A DNA stretch of 64,000 nucleotides from Eledone cirrhosa (GCA_964016885.1 OZ024740.1:291958001-292022000), one strand, 5' to 3'. Shown: positions 39,536-50,525, counted from the first letter of the stretch. Notes: generated by a model from the letters alone, not told the origin. Numbers and translations are program-made.

Positions 39536-42139
39536 ATTAAAAGCTTTTTTTGTATAGCAAACCGTGTCACTCTTCTTTCCTGATTTATCATTACTCCAAG
39601 TGTTTACAACATAGAAATTACAGCGTACTCGCAACATCACTATGGAAACGCCTTGTTGAGTCAAACTTAGCCAAGCGTTAATATCATCCACTACTCGGAG
39701 TACCATAACTGGACTACCTATAACAATAATCTGTTACCACGTATATATATATATATATAATTATATATTCGTGTACAGATATTTTTGCATACACAATAAC
39801 AAAATATAAACAAACGTATTTATTTCACGAGGCTCGATAAGGATAAATATATATAAAATATATAAGAACCCTAGAGCAAATCCCGAGCAACGTCGGGCCA
39901 TTCTGCTAGTCTACATTAAATGTATCTTAGATATTCTAACGTATGCTGCGTTGTGCATAAATATTTATTATTTATTTCAAGAAATGTTCAAACAGTTACA
40001 AAAGAAGTTTGTATATAGCAACAACAGATTAAGCCATTGACTTTGCCTTTCATCCTTACTGGGTCGATAAAATAAAGTACCAGTAATGCACTGGTTAATT
40101 TGCTGGCCTTGTGCCTAAAGTAGAAACAATTATTTGTAAAAGGTTTCATATTCTTAGACTTGTAAAGAAGAATTAGTTGTGAGAATTTATAAGTAGAAAA
40201 AAGAAACCTACATCGAATAAAGGGAAATGACTCATCGATTTAGCGATATATTTGAATATGGACGTAACATTAAGGATTTTGGAAATTATATAGACATGTC
40301 TCTATCAGACTTGCCAACCTCTAAAAACCCAAAAGGGTAGTACCATGAAAAAAAGTGCCCCATCGGACGAGGAGAGTTGAAGGTATGCACTATACTAGAC
40401 TATAAATTGCATTTAAAAAATCCAGTTATATTTATTAAAATGATTAGCAATGTTATAAAGTTAATAAGAACAAATATTAAAGAATATCAGCTGCTCATCA
40501 GCAATGTTGATACATTACAAGGACAATAGGCAAGTTAGTTTTAACAGTTAATACATGATCTACTAAAAAGCCATGTAGAAATAATTATGTAGTAAGGAAA
40601 ATGGTTATATTCGTCAATAACTAACAATATTTAAATTTTTCTGGCAGTTTTGGGTAACTCAAGTCATATTTAGGTCTTATTCTTGCTTCCTCAACAAAAC
40701 AGTCTTCAATGTACTTGCTGAAATAATTGTTTCTATTTTTGGCACAAGGCCAGCAATTACCCAGTACATTACTGGTACTTTATTTTATCGACCCCGTAAG
40801 GATGAAAGGCAAAGTTAACGTCGGTGGATTTGAACTCAGACCATAAAGGGCCGTAACTCTTTGCTGCAAAGCATGGCGTCAGACCCTCTACCGATACTGC
40901 CAATGCGATGTATAAATCATCACCACCGTCGTTTTAACGTCTGCTTTCCCTGCTGGTAAGGGTTGGTCGTGTCAATACCGACCAAGTCAGTACTGAAGGG
41001 GAGGCACTGATCAAAGTTGTTTCTTTTTCTTTTTTCTTCTTCAGGAGTTGGAGCAAACCGTTCCTGCTTTAATTCAAGAACGTAAATACAACATTACTTC
41101 TACAGCATGTTTAACTCAAACCCTGTTTTGTTTTAAATAAATTGAAAATGGTTGCTTTTGTTTTGTAAGAATTATTGTTTCATTAAACACGTACTCAACT
41201 TTTTGAAATAAACACACTAATGGTAAAATATAAATAAAAAATTTCCGTTGACCCTTGTGATTTGAGATGAAATGATGCTTGTTTTTTACCCCCTCCCCTT
41301 TTTTTTTATTTCTCTCGCTTTCATCGTACATTTTGGTGTGTTATATTTGTAAGGTTCATAGGAATAGTTAATGCATTTATTATATGTGTTTATATTTTCA
41401 TTCTAAAAGAATTGTGAACAATTTGTAATGTTATTTATACAACTGTGAATAAAATAAAATTCATTTTCTTTCCCCAAAACTACTTATATATAACTAAGAC
41501 CGTCAATTACCTTAACTAGAGTGTAAACAAATCCAAACTAAGTTCATGCCATCCTCGAACACAAGCAAACACAAACCATAATCCTCCAATCAACCCTATC
41601 ATAAAACCTCGACAAAACATGCCCATCTCTTACAGGGGAAGTAATTCATATTCAACTCCGCATTCGAAGAAATATGCACCACACAAGATTCATTCGTTAC
41701 AATTGACTAAGACCCTTAAAGGAGAAGACCCAAAACAGCCGTAATAATAATAATAATCTTCTTCTTCTTCTTGAAGGGGTTGTGGGTACAGAGTCTTCAA
41801 ACACTCCTTCCAACAGGTCCTATCAGAAGCAACCATTTCCAACTGATCCGGCTGGATGCCCAACGAGACCAGCCAATCTCACGTATGTTATTCAACCATC
41901 TTGCTCGGGGTCTGCCCCTGGGTCTCCAGATGGTTAGTTTTGCCCGTAAAATCTGTCCAGCGATTCTTTCTTTTCAGCCGCAATCTAATGATTTAAATTC
42001 ACACACAAAAAAAAGTATGTTTTGCCCTCCTCAAATTTCTCTTTATGCTACGCGGTGCGCCTTTTTATCCTCACGCAGATCGCCCGAACGAACTTGACGT
42101 CATAATCTGTCGCTGCGCCGAATCTATCTGTAATGTTAG

Positions 42140-42930
42140 TTTCGTCGCTGTCGGCTAGCAACAAACAAAATTCCCCCTGAAGTTCGGTGGCTTAGGCCTC
42201 CGTGCAACATCTAACCTTGCATTGCAAACCTACTTATCTTCCATCGTCTCTAGCCGCACCCTCACCAGAGAGGTCCTTTGCATAACAACAGAATTAGACG
42301 TGAGCCGAGAAGTCGAGTCAGCTCTGACCGTTTGGTTGACGAAGTGCCTCCTCGACCCCAGTATACAAGTTATTCATGCAACTGGAATAACATGAAGTGC
42401 AGGTCAACCTTCATGCGAATCGAGAAATCTCTGTACTAACCCCCGTCACGCCTGCCTCTGTTCTGCCTCGCAGTCGAACAGTGGTGTGCAGCTAAATCCC
42501 CCCCCCCCCCAACCGGTACCCTTGTTGATGATGACTGCACCCGTATCTGAGTGGTATAGCACCCTAGCCTCTGCGTGAGTGGATCACAAGAGTATCGTTG
42601 TGGAACCATAGTCGCCGAGTTCGAACTACACCCTCGGCACGCTACTTTGAACGACATTATCAGAAGGAGCTTTGACACGACCGGTCTCTCATCATAACCG
42701 GAGTACTCAAGCCTCAACTGGAGTGATAGTTAGCGCCTAGACGGGATAACTCTCTTCCCTTTCGAAGGAGGTAAATTCTTAATTTGTGATACTACATATT
42801 ACGACACGTTCTCCGCCACAAACCCGGAGAGTTAATGCAGAAGAGCGGAAGACAGCCAAATACTGGGACTTGATTGTTCGCTTCCTTTTGGTATCAGTCG
42901 TTGTCGTTACCCCTGGTTGTCTTAGGTTCC
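42140..42930 (+). mobile_element. CRE-clade non-LTR retrotransposon remnant (RT thumb + restriction-like endonuclease)
   Basis: PLKFGGLGLRATSNLAL, RHATLNDIIRRS, RLDGITLFPFEGGKFLICDTT and AEERKTAKY motifs with stops. Confidence 0.75.
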
Positions 42931-43332
42931 CGATCTGTCATTTTTCTTCTTAAACTTGGGAGGAGTGCATCCTATCTGAAGAAGGAACCTCGTAAGGTGG
43001 AGTAGCTGATGCAGCGTGTATTGCTGGGTGATCTCCGCGCTAATACCTTCACTATTTTGTTTGTGGTTTGCAACTGAAACACAGCCAGTCTGGGGTGTAG
43101 AGTCTGCTGCTCCATCTCTTTTCTTTACTTTCACTATTTAATTTTTTTTTTCATTACAAACTCTAAAGGTTTGTGTGTGTATCCGTTTCTTCCCCCTCTT
43201 CCATTTTTATGTGACAATCGAGATAGAAAGTTAGGCGGGAATGTGTGAGTGAAGGTTGTACAAGAGGCAGAGGTCGTTGTAGCTCTCTCTCTCTCTCTCA
43301 CACACACATACATACATATATATATATATATA

Positions 43333-43785
43333 TTAGGATTGGTGCTCTGAAATAGCGATGTATACATGAATGTATGTATAGTATATTTGGTAATATACTG
43401 TATGTTCACTACTTTAAAATAATAGCGCAAGGGCTTCAAAATGTTTTTAATTAAACATACGGTATATTGCCAAATATACTATACATACATCGCTATTTCA
43501 GAGCACCAATCCTAATTTTCAATTTTTACTGGACCGGCAATCGTTCTGTATAATCAGTTCCTGATTATTACTGGAATTCTATAAGAATCCAGCCTCTATA
43601 ATTTTCAACAAAGGTCGGCGAGTGTTAAGCTCTGATGAACACCAACAATGTGAAATAGATCTGTCAGCTTATCTCCCTTACTTTGTTGAAAAAAGAAGTA
43701 AGTGACATAGTCACTACTTTAAAATAATAGCGGAAGGTCTTCAACATTTTTTAAATTAAACATACAGTATATTGCCAAATATACT

Positions 43786-43796
<11 letters not shown>
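43333..43796 (+). mobile_element. Short non-coding Penelope-type element (partial tandem + inverted 5' segment) with hammerhead
   Basis: 43333-43405 is inverted relative to ~43455-43515; direct repeat ~43406-43490 / ~43711-43796; (TA)n flanks; related reverse copy at ~49085-49195. Confidence 0.7.
43626..43671 (+). ncRNA. Type I hammerhead ribozyme, intact core
   Basis: UAAGCU-CUGAUGA-ACA-CCAACAA-UGU-GAAA-UAGAUCU-GUC-AGCUUA; predicted cleavage after C43665. Confidence 0.85.
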
Positions 43797-43832
<36 letters not shown>

Positions 43833-44099
43833 TTTTCAAAGTTAGCGATGGGTAGATTCCTAAAGTAACCTAAAATAAGATCGTTTCACCATTAATCACA
43901 CCCTTAACGCAGTTTCGACCTTCTGTATTTATATATATATATGTGTGTAAATGAAGTAATTCCGTCGGAAAAGTCCAGGAAAAAAGAGTGCTCTATGTAG
44001 GTAACAGAGCTTAATAGTTATGTAATAAACAACATAATGCAATTATTCCATTTACCAGTGGTTTCTTAAAAGCAAAAAATTTTGCTTTTTAATAATTTT

Positions 44100-44942
44100 A
44101 TTCCTAACATTAGCCGTAGGATTTCTACCTTATCTTCGTCTATAGACATATTTAATAAAGCCGCCCTTTATTATAATAAAGCCCTTAAGAACAGCGGTTT
44201 TACAGCAACATTTTTTTATTTACCCCCCCCCCCCTAAAACTAACCACAATAACAGGAAAAGGAAAATTATTTGGTTCACCCCCCCCTTCTCTCTAACTGT
44301 CAAAACTAATGTAGGAAGGAAATTCCTTGAACTCTTAGACAAACATTTTCCTCCTAATCATAGATATTATAAGATATTTAATAGGAACGTAGTTAAGATC
44401 AGTTACTCTTGTTGCACATCTATGAAGTCCAAGATCACTAGTTCAAATCATACGAGAACAAATCCAGGATGCAGTTGCAGGAAGCCGGATGAATGCCCAT
44501 TGCAGGGTAAATGTAACACCAAATCTGTTGTTTATGAGGCTAAAATAATACCGGTAATCAACAACCAGCCAGCCAGGAGTGAGCGATATGTCGGTATGAC
44601 CCAGGACAGGTTTAAAACCAGATTTTACTCACATGTCGCTTCTTTTAAGCACTCCGATAAACGAACATCAACGGCCCTCGCAAGTAAGGTGTGGGAATTC
44701 AAGGATAGTAACATCCCGTACTCTATCGATTGGTCTATCTTAGACCATTCGAGGGAGTACCAAAAAGGGGCACAAAGAATTGTTCTTTGTGTACGACAGG
44801 AAAATATAGGATTTTGCTAAACTTGAGAGCCACTTCTGCTTGCCTAAACTCAAAGACTGAGATCTTCAGATGTTGTCCTCATCTGAAATCCCATCTGATC
44901 TGTAACTGGATTGACACTCCTATGATAAATCAACCGCCTTGA
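44100..44942 (+). pseudogene. Penelope-like RT thumb/linker + GIY-YIG endonuclease, frameshifted
   Basis: IPNISRRISTLSS...YNKALKNSGF; RKRKIIWFTPPFS...LLDKHFP...KIFNRNVVKISYSC; CSC-x5-CPL; VVY...YVG; CSLC...LN...CCPH. Confidence 0.9.
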
Positions 44943-45142
44943 ACTCCTTTCCTGCTCTTTACTTCTGCTACGGTTTTTTAAATTTTTTTTTTATTTGCTT
45001 AATCCACGTTCTGTACTCTTGTAATTTTTTTCTCCCATATCTCCCCTTATATTTCACCTTTTCCTATGTCTCCCCCCCCCCCATATATTCTTTTTGCCTT
45101 ACCCTTTACATACCAAAATGTATATGTATGTATGTGTATGTG

Positions 45143-45237
<95 letters not shown>

Positions 45238-45268
45238 ATATATATGTATATGTAGATAGACCAGTTTT

Positions 45269-45330
45269 TTCCATTCTGAGGATTGAAGGCAACATTTTTT
45301 TTACTTTTAAGAAACCACTGGTGAATGGAA
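45269..45330 (+). ncRNA. Hammerhead ribozyme, probably inactive (GUG triplet)
   Basis: UUCCAUU-CUGAGGA-..-GAAA-CCACUG-GUG-AAUGGAA. Confidence 0.65.
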
Positions 45331-45445
45331 TTATGTTGTTTATTACATGTTGTTTATTACATTACTACTATATATATGTGTATATATAAGGTTCATATGA
45401 ATTATCTAAGATTGAGTTTTACACACACACATATATATATGTGTG

Positions 45446-45480
<35 letters not shown>

Positions 45481-45593
45481 TTGTATTTGGTTGTGCGTGT
45501 TTGTGATATGTACGTATTTGTATGTGTATAATTGTATAGCTATGTATGTATGTGTATATATATATGTGTGTGTGTATTTATATATATATATAT

Positions 45594-46388
45594 ACAATAC
45601 TATATAATATTTTGAGAATAAGCTCTCAGTCCTTTACAATAATTAAGCTCCAGGAAAGGGGCATTTCCGAGCAGTTAAATACATTAAAATATATGATAAA
45701 CACAAAACGTGTTTGCATTGCAACAGATAGTCAGCTATTAATGAAATAAACTAATTAAAGTGAATACAAATTTGTCTGTCTCGATATAAGTCAATAAAGA
45801 CAAGCCTATATTTATCATATATTTTAATGTATTTAACTGCTCGGAAATGCCCCTTTCCTGGAGCTTAATTATTGTAAAGGACTGAGAGCTTATTCTCAAA
45901 ATATTATATAGTATATTGCTCCTTAAATGTTAGAGCTGATCTTTAATCCCGCATATATGGCTGTTATTTCTAGCACCGTTAATGCGGGACGGCTAGTTTG
46001 GTCTGGCTATACACGTGTAGTCAGACTTGCAAAATTTTTTGATGTGAGATGTACTAATTTCTACTGGATTCCTGTTGATATGCACAGAAGATTTGGATAT
46101 TTCACTTTTTATTTCAATTCCATTTCGATTCTCTTTATTTTTTAAATTCACATACCACCATTGCGAAACGGATTTAGGTTTCGAGGTTCAAATTCGTCTA
46201 CAGAACAGGTTTGGATTTTGAAATTTAAATCTGTCCAGGAATCATGGCAGTTGCCAATATAGGCTTGTCTTTATTGACTTATATCGAGACAGACAAATTT
46301 GTATTCACTTTAATTAGTTTATTTCATTAATAGCTGACTGTCTGTTGCAATGCAAACACGTTTTGTGTTTATCATATATTTTAATGTA
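45594..46388. mobile_element. 557-bp non-coding unit with terminal direct repeat and an inverted copy spanning its junction, inserted in (TA)n
   Basis: TTTATCATATATTTTAATGTA at 45811 and 46368; 45594-45810 is the reverse complement of 46257-46388 running on into ~45832-45917. Confidence 0.75.
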
Positions 46389-46816
46389 TATATATACATA
46401 TATATATATGTGTGTGTGTATGTGTATATGTGTGTGTATATATGTATATGTGTGTGTGTGTTTGTGTATGTATTTATGTATGTGTTTATGTATTTGTATA
46501 TGTATATTTATGTGTGAGAGTGTGTGTATGTATTTACCTTTTCGTACGTATGTGTACGTACATTTGTGTGTACTGCTTACCACGCGTGTCTGTTCATCTA
46601 CTCGTCGCTGTATCGCTGTCAAGTTTTTATATATATATATGTTTTCTTATATTTTTTCTCATATATATATATATGTGTGTGTATGTATGCTTTTGTGTGT
46701 GTTTGCATGTGTGGTTTTATTTTATTTTTCCTTTCCTTCTTCTTTCTCCAGCCTCACTTTCATATAGATTGCATTTTTGTTTTTAAAATCCAAATTTAAT
46801 AAACAGACCAGGATTT

Positions 46817-46876
46817 TTTCATTCTGAGGATTGAAAGCAAAATTTTTTGCTTTTAAGAAACCACTGGTAAATGGAA
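46817..46876 (+). ncRNA. Type I hammerhead ribozyme, intact core
   Basis: UUUCAUU-CUGAGGA-UUGAAAGCAAA-AUUU-UUUGCUUUUAA-GAAA-CCACUG-GUA-AAUGGAA. Confidence 0.8.
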
Positions 46877-46924
46877 TAATTGCATTATGTTGTTTATTAC
46901 ATAACTATATATATATATATTCTG

Positions 46925-46990
<66 letters not shown>

Positions 46991-46998
<8 letters not shown>

Positions 46999-47225
46999 GA
47001 TCGAGTATCGAAAAATCGGCGCACGAGTTCACGATAAACAAAATTCGAAATGAGCGGCAGAGGGCTCAATAATTCAGATGAATCAGAGCTATAACTATCG
47101 TTAAAATACCGTCACATATAGAACAAGTCTACAATCAACCATACGATAAAAAATCGATAATAGAAGATTCGGGACAAACAGATAAAAAATATCAATAAAA
47201 CAATACATCAATAATTTAAATGAAT
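46991..47225. repeat. 235-bp dispersed repeat apparently identical to 56031-56265
   Basis: Direct comparison by eye; both copies begin in (TA)n tracts. Confidence 0.9.
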
Positions 47226-47511
47226 GTAAAATCATACCCGGACCCACTAGAAAGGTGTTAAATCTAGCTTCTTGGGTTTCTGTAAATCCTTAGACTGTAC
47301 TCTATCAGCTCACATATAAATATAAAAGCCTACTAGAGCAAGAGGAACGGAGTTTACTTTCTCAACGAGCTTTTTTCCTAGCGGATAAGGGGCTAACTAC
47401 CAGTGAAAAACGCACATGGCATTAGACAAGGGAGATAACCTCTACATCCGCGAAAACTATTCGAGGGAATGTGGAAATACACATATCGAATAAGAGTGCT
47501 CAATAGACATG

Positions 47512-47571
<60 letters not shown>

Positions 47572-47620
47572 TAAAATAATGAATAAACAAAGAAACAGTT
47601 CCTTATATTAAAAAAAAATT

Positions 47621-47760
47621 CATCATTTTACGATCGTTTCTAGGATATATATGTGTTAGAATTGGTCTGCATATTCTATAGATCTATGTACAATATTTAT
47701 ACAAACTATCAGAGGGAATATACATACCTACACATATATATGCTGTCTTCAGAAATAATG
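47621..47760 (-). ncRNA. Type I hammerhead ribozyme with long stem II
   Basis: CAUUAUUU-CUGAAGA-(~105 nt, including a 12-bp AUAUAUAUGUGU/ACACAUAUAUAU helix)-GAAA-CGAUC-GUA-AAAUGAUG; palindromic stem III ACGAUCGU. Confidence 0.75.
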
Positions 47761-48263
47761 ATATTTGTTTATTGAAAAAAACAAAGATTCAATACAATAG
47801 GTCTGTTCGGGAACAGGTTTTGAATTGACCAATAGAGAGATAGTGAGGGTCAAGATAGTAATATAGTAGTAGAAGAACCTTAAATTATGGGTAGAGGAAC
47901 AAATGAGCAACGATGGCTGCTAGACACTGTACGGCTTAATTCGGGATGTTTGTTTACAAACACACCGAGCATTATAATAAATGTTCGGTGAATCCATACG
48001 TACATATATATATGTGTGCATGCATGTATATATACATACTACTGTACGTCTGTATACATATATGTATGTACGTATACATACTTATATTTAAGTAACAGCC
48101 GTACTAAGAGTGAGAAATGAAATTTCGTTTCATTTTTTCCGTTTATCGTTTTCGGTACCCCGGCCGATGAACTCACTCGATATCCAAATTAGGCTGCTCA
48201 GCCGTTAATATGCATAAGGAAAGTATATACTTTCAGACGTTCAATCATCTGGCAGGAAGGTAT

Positions 48264-48306
48264 ACGTTGCTGACGATAGCTAATAAGCTTGAAACTAGTA
48301 CAGCGT
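48264..48306 (+). ncRNA. Minimal type I hammerhead ribozyme (tandem unit 1)
   Basis: ACGUUG-CUGACGA-UAGC-UAAUAA-GCUU-GAAA-CUA-GUA-CAGCGU; palindromic stem III ACUAGU; predicted cleavage after A48300. Confidence 0.85.
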
Positions 48307-48690
48307 TCCTTTGTCAGGGTTGAACAAATGAGCAACGATGGTTGCTAGACACTGTACGGCTTAATTCGGGATGTTTGTTTACAAACACACCGAGCATTAT
48401 AATAAATGTTCGGTGAATCCATACGTACATATATATATATGTGTGCATGTATGTATATATATATACTACTGTACGTCTGTATACATATATGTATGTACGT
48501 ATACATACTTATATTTAAGTAACAGCCGTACTAAGAGTGAGAAATGAAATTTCGTTTCATTTTTCCCGTTTATCGTTTTCGGTACCCCGGCCGATTAACT
48601 CACTCGATATGCAAATTAGGCTGCTCAGCCGTTAATATGCATAAGGAAAGTATATACTTTCAGACGTTCAATCATCTGGCAGGAAGGTAT

Positions 48691-48733
48691 ACGTTGCTGA
48701 CGATAGCTAATACGCTTGAAACTAGTACAGCGT
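48691..48733 (+). ncRNA. Minimal type I hammerhead ribozyme (tandem unit 2)
   Basis: Same as 48264-48306 with one loop II change; predicted cleavage after A48727. Confidence 0.85.
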
Positions 48734-49761
48734 TCCTTTGTCAGGGTTGAACAAATGAGCAACGATGGTTGCTAGACACTGTACGGCTTAATTCGGGATG
48801 TTTGTTTACAAACACACCGAGCATTATAATAAATGTTCGGTGAATCCATACGTACATATATATATGTGTGCATGCATGTATATATACATACTACTGTACG
48901 TCTGTATACATATATGTATGTACGTATACATACTTATATTTAAGTAACAGCCGTACTAAGAGTGAGAAATGAAATTTCGTTTCATTTTTTCCGTTTATAT
49001 ATATATATATATTTATTAAAATAACAGATTAAAGTTTAAGCAAAGAATCGCTGCTTTCACCCTTAACGGGATCTTATATATATATATATATATGAATGTA
49101 TGTATAGTATATTTGGCAATATACTGTATGCTTAATTAAGAATATTTTGAAGACCTTTAGCTATGAATTTTAAAGTAGTGACTATGTCACTGCTTATTCT
49201 CGACAAAAAAGAACACATACCTGCATAAACTGAAGCAACCGACTATAAATCATCCGGTTGGATAACCGAGACCAACCGAGCTTATGGATGTAACCGAAAC
49301 GTCTTGCTTGAGGTCTACACATAGGTCTCGTGCGGGTTGGTATTTGCCAGTTAAATATGTCCAGTAATTCTTTCTTTAGACATTCTGACCACATATCCGT
49401 AGGACTGGAGCTGTGATCTCTCAATTTGGATAAGTAGTGGCCTCCTGATCTCCGAGCTACGCACTCTAACGAGTAACCTTACTGCACTGATCCCACAGAG
49501 ATAACACCACCGTGGCCGCTTATATTCGTGATCACATCCTTTTAGTAATTACCCAAGATTTATGACCATACGTAAGGCTGACCCTGATAAAGCAGGTGTA
49601 TACTCAAATCATGACAACCTCATGCGATATGGTGTGAATTGAGCAGAGAGGGTAACGAAAACAAGGCGTATTTTCCGCCCACATTAGAAATATACACGTA
49701 CAACCACACAAGTACACAGGCTCACACACGCGCGCGCGCGCGCACCCCCCCACACACACAT

Positions 49762-49792
<31 letters not shown>

Positions 49793-50189
49793 AATATCTA
49801 AGCTGTGAAACCCAAAGCAATTACTCTAAAACATTGACGTAATTGAGCTCCATTGAAAGTATTTAATCCTTAGGAAATACTTGTCAATTTCCACGTTACT
49901 GTTCAACATCAGAACAAATACTTCATTTAAGTTCTTACATAATAGAATCAGAACCGATGTCTCTAGAGAATTGAAATGTCGATGTGGAAAGACCCTGGGT
50001 CTTCAGGGAATCTCTTGGACTAAAATGTAGGTCATTGTACTTGTTAAACATAACCCGAGTCAATATCTCCTTTTAATTAAGCGAAACTGTTTCATTCGAA
50101 AATCGGTACGGGCCTGATTATCATCGAAGGTGCTGCATTGGGCTGTTTCAATCATACTTCTACTTATTACTGGTTCATATCCCGGATTT

Positions 50190-50525
50190 AAGGCAGCGAA
50201 TTGGCAGAGTCATTAGAACGTCGGATATAATATATTGTGATAGTTATTTCGGCTATCTGCTCTCTGAGTTCAAATCCTGCCGAGGTCAATTTTACCTTTT
50301 ATCCATTCGTGGTCGATAAAATAAAGTACCAGTGTAGTAAAGGGGGTCGACTTTTCCTCTATATCTCTTTCTCACTTCCATTCCTTAATTCTGTATCTTT
50401 TTCTGGAAGAAATCTGCTGTATCAGGCTTGGAGAAGAGATGGGCTCCACCAGGTTTTAAAATGCCCTGTATATCAATACTGCACTCCTACGACTCCTTCT
50501 GGAGTTGCGGGACCATGCATGCATT
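50190..50525 (+). mobile_element. Related SINE subfamily with a different 3' tail (representative copy)
   Basis: Same head and core followed by a CTGGAAGAAATCTGCTG...GGGCTCYRCCAGGTTT...GGACCAT tail. Other copies approx.: 3225-3535(+), 28720-29015(+), 30995-31280(-), 50685-50990(-). Confidence 0.75.

Larger units (their letters stand above)
37927..39742 (+). mobile_element. Second Penelope-like remnant with ~600-bp inverted pseudo-LTR
   Basis: Arms ~37927-38527 and ~38965-39588, each with a hammerhead-like motif. Spacer has a degenerate ...LLSCCQH terminus; (TA)n flanks. Confidence 0.7.
34100..39909 (+). mobile_element. Non-autonomous Helitron containing nested Penelope-like insertions
   Basis: 5' A|TCTATATATCTAAA, subterminal hairpin CCCGA-GCAACG-TCGGG (39882-39897), 3' CTAG|T. 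Removing it restores the right arm of an older inverted repeat (partner at ~33870-33940). Confidence 0.8.
44015..46907 (+). mobile_element. 5'-truncated Naiad-type Penelope-like retroelement with inverted 5' and tandem 3' pseudo-LTRs
   Basis: 44015-44089 is the reverse complement of ~46833-46907. ORF remnant 44100-44942; hammerhead-containing direct repeats at ~45255-45365 and ~46805-46905. Confidence 0.85.
47897..48997 (+). repeat. ~426-bp tandem repeat (2.6 copies) with one hammerhead per full unit: retrozyme-like element
   Basis: Unit starts at 47897, 48322 and 48749; hammerheads at 48264-48306 and 48691-48733; many internal hairpins; no convincing ORF. Confidence 0.88.

Noticed and set aside
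44422-44942. Selenocysteine recoding as reported for some Naiad elements
   Set aside because: The conserved Cys positions here and at 36021-36287 are TGT/TGC; no in-frame TGA at those sites.
45940-45995. Possible twister ribozyme (UAA-UCCCGC...GCGGGA)
   Set aside because: Could not find the conserved L4 loop or the two pseudoknots; looks like a simple hairpin.
44939-47590. [12 protein letters not shown]-rich ORFs
   Set aside because: Translations of (TA)n, (TG)n and (CA)n microsatellites.
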